The notes beneath the pieces are model-generated. The model was not told the DNA's origin and made no database searches. It was given only the letters and a program-made list of their open reading frames with translations. Positions 25,527-36,752 of a stretch of DNA of 64,000 nucleotides are shown here, in pieces. The position numbers were made by a program, and so were the translations under genes. Source of the stretch: an uncultured Gammaproteobacteria bacterium (lineage in GTDB: Bacteria > Patescibacteriota > Patescibacteriia > Patescibacteriales > GWE2-39-37). Positions within the stretch are counted from its first letter, which is position 1; the number at the start of each line of letters is the position of its first letter. The DNA lies in assembly GCA_964443495.1 (NCBI GenBank), contig CAYUCS010000001.1:213496-277495 (forward strand), given 5' to 3'.

Positions 25527-27059
25527 ATGGAAGAGAGAAAAGATTTGAAGCTGCCAGTAGACGGTTTTTTTAGGCGCATCGAACGGTTCGGCTTAGCGCT
25601 GTCCTATGAAGATTTGCTGCTCAAGACCTGCTACACGGAAATAGAGCCGGCGGATGCCAAGTTGAACACCCTGTTTTCCCGCAATGTGCCGTTGAACATC
25701 CCCTTCGTGTCCTCGCCGATGGACACCGTAACCGAGTACCGTATGGCTATCACCATGGCCAAGCTCGGCGGTCTGGGCATCATCCATCGCAACCTACCGA
25801 TCAAGGAGCAAGCAGCTCATGTTGCCCGGGTCAAGTTCGAGCTTAACGGTTTCATCAGGAGACCGATTTGCTTTAAAGAGAACATGACGATGGGTGAGGT
25901 GCTTCAGACAATGAAAGATAAGGGGTACGATGAGCGATTCCACAGCTTCCCGATCATTAACGATGATGGCAGGCTGGTGGGGCTACTCACTCACAGCAAC
26001 TTCGAGTTCCACCCGGATCTCAGCCAGCGGGTCGCGACAGTGATGTCGCGCGAGCTGGTTACGGCCCCCTCCGGCACTTCGTTGACCGACCTGTTCAAAA
26101 TCATGTGCCAGGAGCGCAAGAAGGTCATCCCGATCATTGATGCCAGGGGTGACATGGAAGGCATGTACGTTTACAAGGATGTCGAACGGATCGTCACCGG
26201 CGAATCGCCGAGCTTCAATCTGGATGATAACGGCAACCTGCGAGTCGGCGCCGCTATCGGCACCGGCATTGACACTGATGAGCGCGTAGAAGCGCTGGTA
26301 GCCAAAGGCGTCGACGTGCTGGTAATCGATACTTCGCATGGCGACTGCAAAAAGGTCATTGAGACGCTCAGGCGGATCAAGGCCGTTTACCCGAAGATCG
26401 ACATCGTGGCCGGCAACATCGCCGAAGGCGAGTCGGCCAAGCGCTTGGTTGATGCCGGCGCTGACGGCGTCCGGGTCGGCATTGGTCCGGGCTCGATCTG
26501 CACCACTCGCATTGTCACCGGCGTCGGCAAGCCGCAGGTCTCGGCAGTTTATGACTGCGCTAAGGCCATTCGCGGTTCCGGCGTCCCAGTCTGCGCTGAC
26601 GGCGGCATCAAGTTTTCCGGACACGCTGCCATCGCTCTGGCCGCCGGCGCCCATACCGTCATGCTCGGCAATATGCTGGCCGGCACGGACGAGTCGCCAG
26701 GCGAAGTTACCACTATCGGCGGCCAGTCGTTCAAGCTGTACCGAGGCATGGGCTCACTCGGCGCGATGCAGGCTGGCAAGGGGGCGGGTGAACGCTATCA
26801 TCAAGGCAATGAAGAGCAAAAAGAGAAGCTGGTGCCGGAAGGTGTCGAAGGGAAGGTGCCGTATCGCGGCAATGTGCCCATGGTCATCTTTCAATTCATC
26901 GGCGGACTCCGCAGCGGCATGGCCCATCTCGGGTCGTCGACAATCGATGAGCTGCATCGGCAGGCGAACTTCTGCTGGCAGACCGCCGGCGGGGTCAAGG
27001 AATCGCACCCGCACAACTTGACTTTCATTGCGGAAGCACCCAACTATAAAGCGTCATAA
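25527..27059 (+). CDS. guaB: IMP dehydrogenase (with CBS pair)
   Basis: [20 protein letters not shown] catalytic loop and GGIKFSG motifs. SD GGAGGAAG upstream. Confidence 0.92.
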   Translation: MEERKDLKLPVDGFFRRIERFGLALSYEDLLLKTCYTEIEPADAKLNTLFSRNVPLNIPFVSSPMDTVTEYRMAITMAKLGGLGIIHRNLPIKEQAAHVARVKFELNGFIRRPICFKENMTMGEVLQTMKDKGYDERFHSFPIINDDGRLVGLLTHSNFEFHPDLSQRVATVMSRELVTAPSGTSLTDLFKIMCQERKKVIPIIDARGDMEGMYVYKDVERIVTGESPSFNLDDNGNLRVGAAIGTGIDTDERVEALVAKGVDVLVIDTSHGDCKKVIETLRRIKAVYPKIDIVAGNIAEGESAKRLVDAGADGVRVGIGPGSICTTRIVTGVGKPQVSAVYDCAKAIRGSGVPVCADGGIKFSGHAAIALAAGAHTVMLGNMLAGTDESPGEVTTIGGQSFKLYRGMGSLGAMQAGKGAGERYHQGNEEQKEKLVPEGVEGKVPYRGNVPMVIFQFIGGLRSGMAHLGSSTIDELHRQANFCWQTAGGVKESHPHNLTFIAEAPNYKAS

Positions 27060-27084
27060 CGTCACGAACAAGAGGAGAGTATCG

Positions 27085-28584
27085 ATGAAAGAAAAATTGG
27101 ATAGATTATTGCGAGGCATTAACACGGCGGCAGTCATCTGCAGCCAATGGGGCGATACCGGCAAGGGCAAGATCGTCGATCTTCTGGCTGACTGGGCGGA
27201 CATTATCGCTCGCGGTACCGGCGCAGATAACGCCGGCCACACTATCTGGGTCAATGGCAAGAAGTACGTCATGCACCTCATCCCGTCGGGCATCTTGCGC
27301 GACGGCGAAGGCAAGACCAACATCATCGGCAGCGGCGTAGCGGTCAATCCGCGCGTCGTGCTCGAGGAGATGGCCATGCTCAGCGAGGCCGGGCTGTCCT
27401 ACGATCATCTGATGATCGCCCTGAACGCCAAGCTGATCCTGCCGCAGCACATCCTGCTCGACCGTTTGCGCGAAAGCAAGTCCGGCAAGATAGGCACTAC
27501 CGGCCGCGGCGTCGGTCCGGTCTATGCGGACCATTATGCCAGGCAGGGCCTGATCGTCAACGACATGCTTAATCCCGAGTCGTTCCGCAAGAAACTCGTG
27601 AGGAACCTCAAGGAAAAGATGGTGCTATTCAAGGAGTATGACGCTGCGGTAATTCAGGAATTGATGCACCATGAACACCTGGAAAAGGGGCAGTTCTTCT
27701 CGGACGGCATCGGCATTTTCGATGTCGACGCCATTGTCGAACGGTATGCCGAATACGGCCGCCTATTACGGGACCTGGTCAGTGATACTGACACTTTCAT
27801 AAAAAGGGTCGTTGGCACGAAGAAGATTCTGCTCGAAGGAGCCCAGGGATTGATGCTTTCGGTGGATTACGGAAGCTATCCGTATGTCACCTCCTCGGAC
27901 TGCTCTGATCAGGGGCTGGCCCATGGCGTCGGCCTGAAGGACGGCCACATCGACCTGGTGCTTAACATCGCCAAAGCGTTCTACATGACGCGTGTCGGCG
28001 GCGGACCTTTCCCGACGGAAATCGGCGGTCAGGCTTCAGCCGACTGGTGCGCTGAAGCCGGAGTGACCAAAGGCGTGGAGAAAGACAACTATCCTTTCGC
28101 TACCGTCAATTCGCAGCAGGGTTTTCTCCAGGGAATCGCCATCCGGATGGCAGGCGAAGAATACGGGGCCACCACTGGCCGTCCGCGGCGGACGGGCTGG
28201 CTCGATTTGCCGGTCATGCGTTATGCCACAAGGCAATGCGGCGAGAACGTGATCCTGACCAAATTGGATGTCCTTTCCGGCTGCGAGACGATCAAGATCT
28301 GCGGGTCTTACATGTATGTCGGTGAGCCTTACAACTACGGTGACGAAACTCTCGAGTCTGGCAACGTTTTGACGGTCGCGATTCCTTTCGCTGAGGTGAT
28401 GGATCATTGCGAGCCGGTATATGTCGAATATCCCGGCTGGTGCTGCGATATCAGCGGCATCAGGGAATATGATGATTTGCCTGAAGCTCTGAAGGAAATC
28501 ATCGCTTATATCGAGCAGATGGCCAAGGTTCATGTCAGGATAGTTTCGGTCGGAGCCGACCGGGATGCGACGATCATTCGATAA
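27085..28584 (+). CDS. purA: Adenylosuccinate synthetase
   Basis: QWGDTGKGKIVD P-loop, GTTGRGVGP, TTGRPRRTGWLD. I prefer ATG 27085 (SD AGAGGAGAG) to the track start at 27028, which overlaps guaB. Confidence 0.9.
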   Translation: MKEKLDRLLRGINTAAVICSQWGDTGKGKIVDLLADWADIIARGTGADNAGHTIWVNGKKYVMHLIPSGILRDGEGKTNIIGSGVAVNPRVVLEEMAMLSEAGLSYDHLMIALNAKLILPQHILLDRLRESKSGKIGTTGRGVGPVYADHYARQGLIVNDMLNPESFRKKLVRNLKEKMVLFKEYDAAVIQELMHHEHLEKGQFFSDGIGIFDVDAIVERYAEYGRLLRDLVSDTDTFIKRVVGTKKILLEGAQGLMLSVDYGSYPYVTSSDCSDQGLAHGVGLKDGHIDLVLNIAKAFYMTRVGGGPFPTEIGGQASADWCAEAGVTKGVEKDNYPFATVNSQQGFLQGIAIRMAGEEYGATTGRPRRTGWLDLPVMRYATRQCGENVILTKLDVLSGCETIKICGSYMYVGEPYNYGDETLESGNVLTVAIPFAEVMDHCEPVYVEYPGWCCDISGIREYDDLPEALKEIIAYIEQMAKVHVRIVSVGADRDATIIR

Positions 28585-28612
28585 GCTCTTTTATTCATAA
28601 GCAATTTGCAAT

Positions 28613-28641
28613 GCCGCTGGGTTTACCCGGCGGCTTTTTTT
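28613..28641 (+). terminator. Rho-independent terminator after purA
   Basis: gccgctggg/cccggcggc stem (one G-U pair) followed by T7. Confidence 0.7.
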
Positions 28642-28672
28642 ATGGCCAAAGGGCATAAACTGCCGACCATGC

Positions 28673-28703
28673 AAAAAGCCGCCCTGTAATCGGGCGGCTT
28701 TTT
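28673..28703 (-). terminator. Rho-independent terminator after the minus-strand MCO/Big_2 operon
   Basis: agccgccc/gggcggct stem flanked by A5 and T5. Confidence 0.7.
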
Positions 28704-28720
28704 GGCGAGATGCCTCGGCT

Positions 28721-31700
28721 TTAATAGTGAGCTACGGTCGCGGTATCGACATTGTTTATCTTCTTGCCGTGGTATTGGCGAAGTTCAATCAATGATCTTA
28801 TGTGCTGTTTCTTGCCGTTCTTGATCACGTAGATCCTATTGTCCGGTCCGCGGAAGAGGTCGCCGTTCCGGAGCTTGGCGAATTTGTGCTCATCATAGCT
28901 TGAGAGCGTGGCGGCATCGACACGAATGATGGGCTTGCCTCGATACAGGCTTAGTTCAGCCATGTTAACGATGCGTTCTTTTTCGCCGAACATTATGACG
29001 TAGATCCTGTTATCCGTGCCCCTGATGAGCGTTCCGTCGGGGTAAATCTTGATGCCAAGTACGCGTCGCCTGTCTTCGGCCTTCTGCCGCTCGTCTTCGG
29101 TTTTCTTGTCATCTTCGATTTTTTTGACGGGCTTGATTATGCTGGGCAGGCCCGGGGAGCGGAAGATACCGAACAGCGTCAGGTGGTTGATGCTGAAGGT
29201 AAAAGATTTGGCGCTGGAATTGAAGAGGGCTCCAGGCACGATCAGCCATTCAAGCCGGCCTTCATCGAAAGCGTAAACGCTCAAGTTGACGACGTCGCTC
29301 GGCAGTTCAACGCCGCTGACCGTGATGGTAATCGCTTTGGCGAAGTTGGTCACTGATTGTCCGGCTTCGTTGACGGCTGTCAAATTGAAGAGCGAATGCT
29401 CGATCGGGCGCAGCTTGTCGCTTTTTTCCGTCTCGGTGAGGTCGGTCAATTGCCCTCGTGTCACCCGGAAAGTGGTTTTGCTAGTAACTGCGCCCGCAGG
29501 GATGTTGACTACGACCTTGAGGCCGTCCTCAAGCGTCTGTTCGAGAATGCCGTTTTCTGTCGGCTGGATTGTCAGAGGTGCATTTGAGGTCGTTACGGTA
29601 GTCGGCAACGGGAAGCCTCCGCCTCCACCGCCACCTCCGCTCGGAGGAGGTGTCGGAACAGCCCCAACATTGATGGTAACGTTACGAAGCACGCCGGACG
29701 ACTGGCCGTCGCTTGCTTGGATGTCGAATGAGAATCGCCCAACCGCAGCCGGAGTCCAGCTTAACATGCCGGTCGAAGACCCGATTGATAATCCTGCCGG
29801 AGCGCCGATTAGGGAATAGGTTATCGGATCGCCGTTCGGGTCAGTTGCTAAGACTTGATAGGACATCGCTTGTCCTGCGGTGGCAGGAAGCTCAGGAATG
29901 GCTGTGATTTTAGGATGGAGATTTACCGTGTTGCCGGTCGTGAATGACCATGAGTATGGAGCTGAAAGCGGCGTTCCGCCGGCATCCTTCACTCCGGTTG
30001 TCACGAAAACGGTGTATGATGCATTGCGATTCATGTTCATGTGCGGCACCAGCATGAATTGTCCGCCGCCACGCGACATGTACATGACGTTGACAGTATT
30101 GCCTAATGCATCCCGGAGATAATAGGTGTTTGCGTTCACTGATGCCACATCCATCTTCTTGTTAAAAATTAGATGGATCATGCGGTCGATCGGGAAATCC
30201 GTGCCATTGGCTAGCGGATTGGTAAATTCGATCGTTGTGGTGGCAATCGTGCCCGTAGGTGCCGTGGAGAAACTCCAAGAATACGGCTGAGCCATTGCGA
30301 CTCCCGCCAAGTTTTTTATTCCGGTAGTCAGATTGACAGTGTAGGTTGTTGACGCTTGCAGCGGGACGGCCGGAACGAAGGTGGCAATCCTGTTGCAGCA
30401 ACCCGTCACCAAAGCGGCAGGGACGGGGTTGCCTTGATTGTCGGTCAAGGTGATATTCTGTGAGTTGAGCGTGGCAGTGTCGATATTATATTTGGTAAAG
30501 ACGATATAGATCGACCTGTCCAGATTTTGGCCGGTCATCAGGTTGGCAGGGTTGACGAAATCCACTAATGGAGCGGCATTGTCTATTGGGTTAGCCGGGG
30601 AAGCTATGGTGACGATAGTGTTGCCAGTCGTCGTGCCACTAGTCGCAACAACAGTCGTCGTGCCGACGGCCTGAGGAGTCATTAAGCCTGACGCGCTGAT
30701 CGTGGCCGCCGCCTGATTCGAGGAAGACCAGGTGAAGGCCGGCTGCGGGTTCATAGCTGCGCCGAATTGGTCAAATGCTGTCGCGCTGAACTGGGTGCTT
30801 GTACCCAAAGTCGCCGTTGAAGTGGCTGGGGTTACTGAAATCGAAGTTAAGACTTGGGGGATGATTGCCGCGGTAACGAGAGTGCTGCCGCTTACAGCGC
30901 CGGATGTAGCGCTGATGGTGGTCGTGCCGACGGCCATCGACATGACCAGGCCGTTAGCATCAACCATGGCCGCTGCAGGGTTCGTTGAGTTCCAGGTAAA
31001 TGCGGGCTGTGGCAGTAGGGTGTTGCCGTACTGGTCGAGGGCGTTAGCGCTGAATTGCAAGCTTGCGCCCACGATAATCGTGGATGTGGCCGGAGTGACG
31101 GAAATCGATGTCAGTACCGGTGGTGCCAAGGTCACGCCCAGTGAGGCAGTGCCTGATATGGCTCCGCTTAAAGCCGTTATCGAGGTCGTACCCACGGAGA
31201 TGCCGGTAGCTAGCCCTGAAATCGGGTCAATCGTGACTGATGCTTGGTTTGACGACGACCAGGCAAAGGCAGGTTGCGGATTCATGGCCGCACCGAATTG
31301 ATCAAGGGCCTGGGCGGCGAATTGCTGGGTCGTTCCCGTAAGTATTGACGTAGTGCTTGGCGTCACATTGATCGCGGTGAGGGCTTGAGCGACGGCTGTT
31401 AATAGCGCGGAGCCGCTGATTGGCCCGCTTGAAGCGGTGATAGTGCTGGTTCCAGCTGACAGGCCGGTCGCTAAGCCGGCTGCGGTAACTGTCGCTATCT
31501 GCTGGTTAGAGGAAGTCCAAGTAAAGGCCGGTTGCGGGTTCATCTGGTTGCCGATCTGATCAAAGGCGGTAGCAGTAAATTGCTGGATGCCTCCGGCTGC
31601 CGAAATTGTCGGGTTGGCCGGCGAAACCGTTATGGTCGTAACGACCGGCACTAAAGGGTTGACCGTGACGGTCGTCGTGCCTGATATCGGTCCGCTTACG

Positions 31701-32374
31701 GCAGAGATGGTCGAGGTGCCGGCAGCCATGGCCATGAACATGCCTGAGGCGTCAATGGTGCCGGCCATAGCGTTGCTTGTTTGCCAATTGACCGGAACAT
31801 TCATCGGGTTTCCCAGTTGGTCGCGCGGTGTCGCGGTGAACATCAGCATGCCGCCTTCGGTTACCGAAGGGTTAGCTGGCGCGACGCCTATGGTCGTCAG
31901 CACAGGAACGATTACCGGAATGATATTGAGATTGATCATGACTATGACTTCGCCGCCGTATGCGGTCGTTGTCGCGGTGCTGTCCGCGCCTTGTGTCGCG
32001 GTCACCTCGAGTTGGTCGCCGATCGCCACGCATAGCGAAGGGTCTAAGTTAGCCAGGTCAACCTGATATAATCCCCCCTGAGCTGTGACCGTCGAAAACG
32101 GCGCGAAGCCTTGGGTTATGTCCCTCAGGGTTACCGTGGCCCCATCCGTCGGCACGCCATTGACGCTGACGGTGCCTGCTACCGATCCTGGCAAGCAGCC
32201 TTGGGCAGCAAAGGCGCTTTTCTCCGGGTTCATTATGGGAGCTAACGATATCGTGGCCATCATCGCCATGATGGTGGCTCCGATTATAAACCTGTTCTTT
32301 GCTAGTCTTTTCATAGGTTTGTATTTAAGAATTAATTTTAAGCCTTGTCCTGCTACAAGCCAGCGACCTTTCAT
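28721..32374 (-). CDS. Large secreted multi-Ig surface protein (CarboxypepD_reg-like, 5x Big_2, 2x SbsA-type Ig, cadherin-like Ig, Gly8 linker, 2 C-terminal wall-binding-type repeats)
   Basis: Signal peptide MKRLAKNRFIIGATIMAMMATISLAPI. There are five ~85-aa repeats (ITVSPANPTI..G..QQFTATAFDQ.GN.MNPQPAFTWSSSN...ATV...GL.T....GT..ITA). It also has YSLIGAPAGLSIGSSTGMLSWTP, PPPSGGGGGGGGFP, and two copies of G.L.RG.DNRIYVI..G.K..I....EL..Y.GK.I. The start is either ATG 32374 (abutting the upstream TAA) or ATG 32314. Confidence 0.8.
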   Translation of the reverse strand: MKGRWLVAGQGLKLILKYKPMKRLAKNRFIIGATIMAMMATISLAPIMNPEKSAFAAQGCLPGSVAGTVSVNGVPTDGATVTLRDITQGFAPFSTVTAQGGLYQVDLANLDPSLCVAIGDQLEVTATQGADSTATTTAYGGEVIVMINLNIIPVIVPVLTTIGVAPANPSVTEGGMLMFTATPRDQLGNPMNVPVNWQTSNAMAGTIDASGMFMAMAAGTSTISAVSGPISGTTTVTVNPLVPVVTTITVSPANPTISAAGGIQQFTATAFDQIGNQMNPQPAFTWTSSNQQIATVTAAGLATGLSAGTSTITASSGPISGSALLTAVAQALTAINVTPSTTSILTGTTQQFAAQALDQFGAAMNPQPAFAWSSSNQASVTIDPISGLATGISVGTTSITALSGAISGTASLGVTLAPPVLTSISVTPATSTIIVGASLQFSANALDQYGNTLLPQPAFTWNSTNPAAAMVDANGLVMSMAVGTTTISATSGAVSGSTLVTAAIIPQVLTSISVTPATSTATLGTSTQFSATAFDQFGAAMNPQPAFTWSSSNQAAATISASGLMTPQAVGTTTVVATSGTTTGNTIVTIASPANPIDNAAPLVDFVNPANLMTGQNLDRSIYIVFTKYNIDTATLNSQNITLTDNQGNPVPAALVTGCCNRIATFVPAVPLQASTTYTVNLTTGIKNLAGVAMAQPYSWSFSTAPTGTIATTTIEFTNPLANGTDFPIDRMIHLIFNKKMDVASVNANTYYLRDALGNTVNVMYMSRGGGQFMLVPHMNMNRNASYTVFVTTGVKDAGGTPLSAPYSWSFTTGNTVNLHPKITAIPELPATAGQAMSYQVLATDPNGDPITYSLIGAPAGLSIGSSTGMLSWTPAAVGRFSFDIQASDGQSSGVLRNVTINVGAVPTPPPSGGGGGGGGFPLPTTVTTSNAPLTIQPTENGILEQTLEDGLKVVVNIPAGAVTSKTTFRVTRGQLTDLTETEKSDKLRPIEHSLFNLTAVNEAGQSVTNFAKAITITVSGVELPSDVVNLSVYAFDEGRLEWLIVPGALFNSSAKSFTFSINHLTLFGIFRSPGLPSIIKPVKKIEDDKKTEDERQKAEDRRRVLGIKIYPDGTLIRGTDNRIYVIMFGEKERIVNMAELSLYRGKPIIRVDAATLSSYDEHKFAKLRNGDLFRGPDNRIYVIKNGKKQHIRSLIELRQYHGKKINNVDTATVAHY
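30602..31900 (-). repeat. Five tandem Big_2-type coding repeats (~255-270 bp each)
   Basis: Protein residues ~159-591 of the 28721..32374 ORF. Repeats 2-5 are highly similar to one another, and antisense ORFs in the track mirror the periodicity. Confidence 0.75.
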
Positions 32375-35300
32375 TTATAGCTTGTGGACGAACACCCCAT
32401 CTCCCGGATTGATAATGAAATTATTAAGCGGGAAGTTTATGATATGGCTTATCCATTTTTGCAGCAGGCTGTCAAACTTGGCCACCAGGTCGGCGCCAGC
32501 GATTGTCAGGCCGAATGTTTCGGCAGTGGTAGTGCCCGCTCCTGACCAACCCAAGAGATTCCAGCCGGGCGAAGTGACGGGCGTAGTCTGGGGAATCGGC
32601 GTGCCCGTTATCGTGACGTTTGTGGTCGTTGCCATATGGACGAAGAATCCTGAATTGTCGAGATTGAAATTGTTCAGCGGGAAGCCGACGATATGGCTAT
32701 TGTATTGCTGATTGGCGCTCGACCATTTTGCCACGACATCGGCTCCTGTCAACGACCCGAAGCTTTCGGCCGAATAGGTCAGAGGCAAGCCGCCTTGATC
32801 TACGGGCTGTACTGGCAAAGAAATCAGATTCCAGCCGGTGTTCAGCGAGATGCTAACGGAACTCGTTCCTCCGCCTTGGGCGAAGGTCGGAGCTGATGAG
32901 TTGCCGCCCGATGCATTGTAAGCGGTGACGATGTAGCTATAGCTGGTTCCCGGAGCGGCAGTGCCGTCGGTGAAGCTCGTCTGATTGGCTAGGGCGGTGC
33001 CGATTTGGACGTAGGTGCCGGCCTGTCCGTTCGTGACGACGGCACGTTGTATCCGGTAGCCGATTTCATTAGCGGAGTTGCCGAGGGTGGCGGGATTGCC
33101 AGCCGGGGTGCCGTCAGTCCAAGTGATGACTCCGCTTTGTTCGGATGCGGTCGGAGCCTGCGGGAAGGCGGTGGACACGTTGAATTTTATCGGTCTCATC
33201 ATGTCCATCTCTTCGTGGCTTAAGATATGGCAATGCCACATGTATTCCCAGCCGAAGTTGGTCATCTGATTGGTCACCGTAATCGGGTTGCCTAGGGAAT
33301 CGACGTTCTTGAAACCGGCAGTCGAGCCGATCGGCATGGTCGGGTCGAGCGGCCGTACGCTTTCCGGGACGCCGAACGGCATTTTGGGGGCAGTCGGCCT
33401 CATGGCTACGATGATGTCTTCCAAAGGGTTCATCCTTACGGTTTCCTTCCAGCCAAGCTCGTTCGGTTCCGGCGGCTTGACCACCCCAGCCCAATCGACT
33501 CGGTTGACGACCTGGACGTTGAAGTGGTGGAAGTGGATCGGGTGCGTGTCCACGCCGTTATGGGTTATTTTCCATATCTGGGTGCCGTCGCCGATGCTGC
33601 CGATAGGCGTAATCGAGGTGTTAGTATCGTTGATTATTTCGGTAGTCGGATCCTGGTAATCGTAGAAGATAGTCGTTTGATTCATACCGTTGGTAAAAGG
33701 CACTTCTACGCCCAGGAAGCCGCTCATGCGTCCGTAAATGCTTTCAAACTCTTCCGCAATCGCCTTCGGCTTGAACTGGATGGTTACCGGTGCGGCGGCG
33801 CCTAAGGGGGTAAAAGTCAGCGAGGTGTCCTGGATGCGAGCGTAAGCCCGGTTGTTGCTAGGGAAATTGCCGTTGTATGCGGCGTTATAAGGGGCCTGCG
33901 GAACGATAATCGGATCTTGCGTGGCTGCGAAAGCGGCGGGCAAAGCCGTGTTTAACGGTGCTGGATTATAGGCTGTCGGAGTGCCGGTGGCAACCCTTAT
34001 CTGCATGATTGTCCTGATGTTCGGCCCGTAGCCCGGCAGGGTGCCCTTGACGCCGCCGGTCGAGGTCAGGTCCGGAGCGCCGGTGTAATAATCGAAGCGC
34101 GGGTCTCCTGCCGGCAGGGCTGCCGGCGCGTCATTGTAGAGGATCAGCGTCTTGCCGGCGAAGGCGGAAAAGTCGATAATCACATCCGCTCGTTCCGCTG
34201 GACCGATAAAAAGGTTGTGCTCCTTGATGTTCCCGACGGTCATGCTTTTGGGATCCATATCGTAGCCCATGGGGATGTTATTGTGAGTTACCGGTGCGGG
34301 CAGAAAGCCGCCTTCGGTGCCGATCTGAATCATGGAGGGCCCTCTGGTGTTCGGATCGGGAATGCCCCCGTCGCGGTTATCCGGAGTCGGATACCCGGCC
34401 GGCCAAGCTCCGCCGGTGACGAACGGCACCATTTTGACTTCCGTATCGGTTCTTCCGTCCGGAGCGGTGACTCCCGGGTCGGCCACGTATAGCTGCAAGT
34501 TCCAGAATCGGTCGTTGGCCGCGTTGAGAACGCGGAATCTATAAGCTTTGGGTTGGACGCCAAGGAAAGGGTAGGCTGTGCCGTTTATCATCGGGGTATC
34601 GTTGAAATTTTCCATGCCCATAGATATGTTCGGCACCCCGGGAACCTTGGTGCCATCGGGGTAGTTTATCGGACCGTTAGCGACCGGCCAGGGGGGCCAG
34701 AACCACGGACCGTAATCCCAGCGTCCGAGCGGGTTGACGCCTCCGATGTCGTTAGGATTCTGGTTTGGCATATAGACATGGGGAATCCATAAATCTCCGG
34801 TGTGCGGGATGCCTGGCGTCGAGCCCCAGTTCCAGGTCGGATCAGTGGCCATGATCGTGGTCGCATCCACGAAGGTCTTGTCCTGGATGATTAAAGGAAT
34901 CTGTTCGGCTGGGATTACGCCGGTATTGATCAAGTTTTGCTCGGTCGGGTCGCTCAGAAGGTAGCCAGCCGCTTCGCCGGAATAGACATTCAATCTGGTA
35001 ATGCCGAAGGCGTGGTCATGATAGAACATCAGTCGCGCGCTCTGTTGGTTGGTGTAGTAGAATGTCTGCGATCCTGGGCCAGGGTCAGCCATATCCGGGA
35101 CATTGGAAACGCTGACACCTTTAGGATACTGGGTGTTTTCTCCTGCCGGCGTGATCCATTGGTGGGCGGTGCCGTCACTGATCCAGGGGGTAAAGCCTCC
35201 ATGCAGATGTATGGTCGCTCTGTTTTCAGTGTAGTCTTCTTTCATGCCTGGCATGCCTGGCATATCGAGAGGACCCATGCCGGCTCCCATGACTGATTTG

Positions 35301-36562
35301 TCAACCGGGATAAAAAGCTTGCCTCCAGCACCCGTGGGAAGCTGGTTTGTGAATTTAATCCTAACAGGCCGGTCCTTTGTGGCGATTATCGTCGGGCCAA
35401 GGTAGTGTATGGGCGCAGGCGCGATGGTGTTATTGCCCAAAGCGTCAGTACCGTTATTGGTCTGCACGTATCCGCGCAAAGTGGTTGCCGGCAGGTCAGT
35501 GTGCAATTTTTCGGTATATTGCCGTAGAGAGATTTCGTAATAATCCGACCCCGGATAGGTTGTCGTGTCGGGCGTGGCGACCGAGAGGTATTGCCCAAGA
35601 TTGTTGGCTTTAGCAGCTCCTAAGCCAGCAAGCGAGTCCACGAATTTGCGGATGCCGCCTGCCAGATAGCCGTTTCCTCCGCTAGCCAAAGCCAGCGCGG
35701 TGACTGATCCGCTCACGACCGAGACTGCCGTCGCGCCTGTCCCGTCACCGGTTATGGTGATAGTCGGGGCCGAAGTGTAGCCAGCCCCAGGGTTGGTTAC
35801 GGTAATGCCGGAAATGGTACCGCCTGGCCCGATAGTGGTCGTGGCCACGGCTCCGATGCCCCCGCCGCCGGCAATGTCGACGGTGGCCGCGGTGTAGCCC
35901 GATCCGGCGTTAGTGACAATGATGCCGGAAACGATGTCCATGACGACGGTGGCTGTCGCCGAAGCGCCGGTACCATTGCCGACAAACGTTACCACGGGCG
36001 CCGACGTATATCCGGAACCTCCGTTAGTCAGGGTCAGGCCGGTTATCACGCCGTTGGTGGTCGAAGCGATCGCAGCAGCTCCTGTGCCCCCGCCGCCACT
36101 CAGGCTCACGAGCGGCGCCGAATCATTTGGCTGGGGGCTGAATGCCCAATTCGGCTCAGGGCCGAAGTAGTTCGGGGTGCCGCCCGGATTGGGAATATTT
36201 GCCAGCAGCGCAGAAGGGGCATTTGCTGCCTTGGCAACTCCCAGCTTGACAGACGGAGCCGGTTTTTTTGATGAAGCCTTGATTGGTCCTTGATCTTGCT
36301 TTTTTTTGCGCTCCGCAGCCGCGCGTTTGGCCGCGGCTTCACGCTGGGCTGGAGTGATGCGCTTATTCCTTTTCTGCTTTATGGCTGCAGCGTCGTGGCT
36401 TTTGATCCGTAGGTTAGTCGTGCTAGCGGAACCGGCCGGCACAACTAACAAGCTTGACACCATGGCCATGCCAAGAAAGATCGTCATGATCGTCCTGAAC
36501 GATTTGCGGACCAGGGCCTTGCTGCCTGCTGCGGAGGCGAAAGTCTTGGTTTGTGATTTCAT
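32375..36562 (-). CDS. Giant (1,395 aa) secreted multicopper oxidase with N-terminal Gly-rich repeats and C-terminal Fn3-like plus duplicated beta-domains
   Basis: All four MCO copper motifs are present: [36 protein letters not shown]-terminal signal-anchor [17 protein letters not shown]. There are four ~36-aa repeats (..ITVTN.G.GYTSAP.VT..G.GTGA.A...V) and two C-terminal repeats (GWNL(I/L)....AE(S/T)FG...GAD(V/L)VAK......Q.. SHI(V/I).FPLNNF....G.FVH). Confidence 0.85.
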   Translation of the reverse strand: MKSQTKTFASAAGSKALVRKSFRTIMTIFLGMAMVSSLLVVPAGSASTTNLRIKSHDAAAIKQKRNKRITPAQREAAAKRAAAERKKKQDQGPIKASSKKPAPSVKLGVAKAANAPSALLANIPNPGGTPNYFGPEPNWAFSPQPNDSAPLVSLSGGGGTGAAAIASTTNGVITGLTLTNGGSGYTSAPVVTFVGNGTGASATATVVMDIVSGIIVTNAGSGYTAATVDIAGGGGIGAVATTTIGPGGTISGITVTNPGAGYTSAPTITITGDGTGATAVSVVSGSVTALALASGGNGYLAGGIRKFVDSLAGLGAAKANNLGQYLSVATPDTTTYPGSDYYEISLRQYTEKLHTDLPATTLRGYVQTNNGTDALGNNTIAPAPIHYLGPTIIATKDRPVRIKFTNQLPTGAGGKLFIPVDKSVMGAGMGPLDMPGMPGMKEDYTENRATIHLHGGFTPWISDGTAHQWITPAGENTQYPKGVSVSNVPDMADPGPGSQTFYYTNQQSARLMFYHDHAFGITRLNVYSGEAAGYLLSDPTEQNLINTGVIPAEQIPLIIQDKTFVDATTIMATDPTWNWGSTPGIPHTGDLWIPHVYMPNQNPNDIGGVNPLGRWDYGPWFWPPWPVANGPINYPDGTKVPGVPNISMGMENFNDTPMINGTAYPFLGVQPKAYRFRVLNAANDRFWNLQLYVADPGVTAPDGRTDTEVKMVPFVTGGAWPAGYPTPDNRDGGIPDPNTRGPSMIQIGTEGGFLPAPVTHNNIPMGYDMDPKSMTVGNIKEHNLFIGPAERADVIIDFSAFAGKTLILYNDAPAALPAGDPRFDYYTGAPDLTSTGGVKGTLPGYGPNIRTIMQIRVATGTPTAYNPAPLNTALPAAFAATQDPIIVPQAPYNAAYNGNFPSNNRAYARIQDTSLTFTPLGAAAPVTIQFKPKAIAEEFESIYGRMSGFLGVEVPFTNGMNQTTIFYDYQDPTTEIINDTNTSITPIGSIGDGTQIWKITHNGVDTHPIHFHHFNVQVVNRVDWAGVVKPPEPNELGWKETVRMNPLEDIIVAMRPTAPKMPFGVPESVRPLDPTMPIGSTAGFKNVDSLGNPITVTNQMTNFGWEYMWHCHILSHEEMDMMRPIKFNVSTAFPQAPTASEQSGVITWTDGTPAGNPATLGNSANEIGYRIQRAVVTNGQAGTYVQIGTALANQTSFTDGTAAPGTSYSYIVTAYNASGGNSSAPTFAQGGGTSSVSISLNTGWNLISLPVQPVDQGGLPLTYSAESFGSLTGADVVAKWSSANQQYNSHIVGFPLNNFNLDNSGFFVHMATTTNVTITGTPIPQTTPVTSPGWNLLGWSGAGTTTAETFGLTIAGADLVAKFDSLLQKWISHIINFPLNNFIINPGDGVFVHKL

Positions 36563-36752
36563 AATTTTTTATTTAGTCTTATGTTATCGGTCTGAGCTTA
36601 ATAACGCGTGCGAATGGCAGTTTGGCCTGGAGTGATTTCAATGATATTTGCATGGGATTAAAGAATGATTAAGGTGCGCTAAAAGGTTGGCGTACATGGA
36701 ATCCAGCCTTGATTTATCCGGCTTTTCTTGGTATGGTTAGCTTTGATATTTT

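Noticed and set aside
26338-27021. A 227-aa Arg/Ser/Ala-rich ORF in another frame of guaB, plus antisense ORFs 25983..26654 and 26754..27014.
   Set aside because: They overlap a highly conserved IMP dehydrogenase reading frame and show compositional-artefact sequences.
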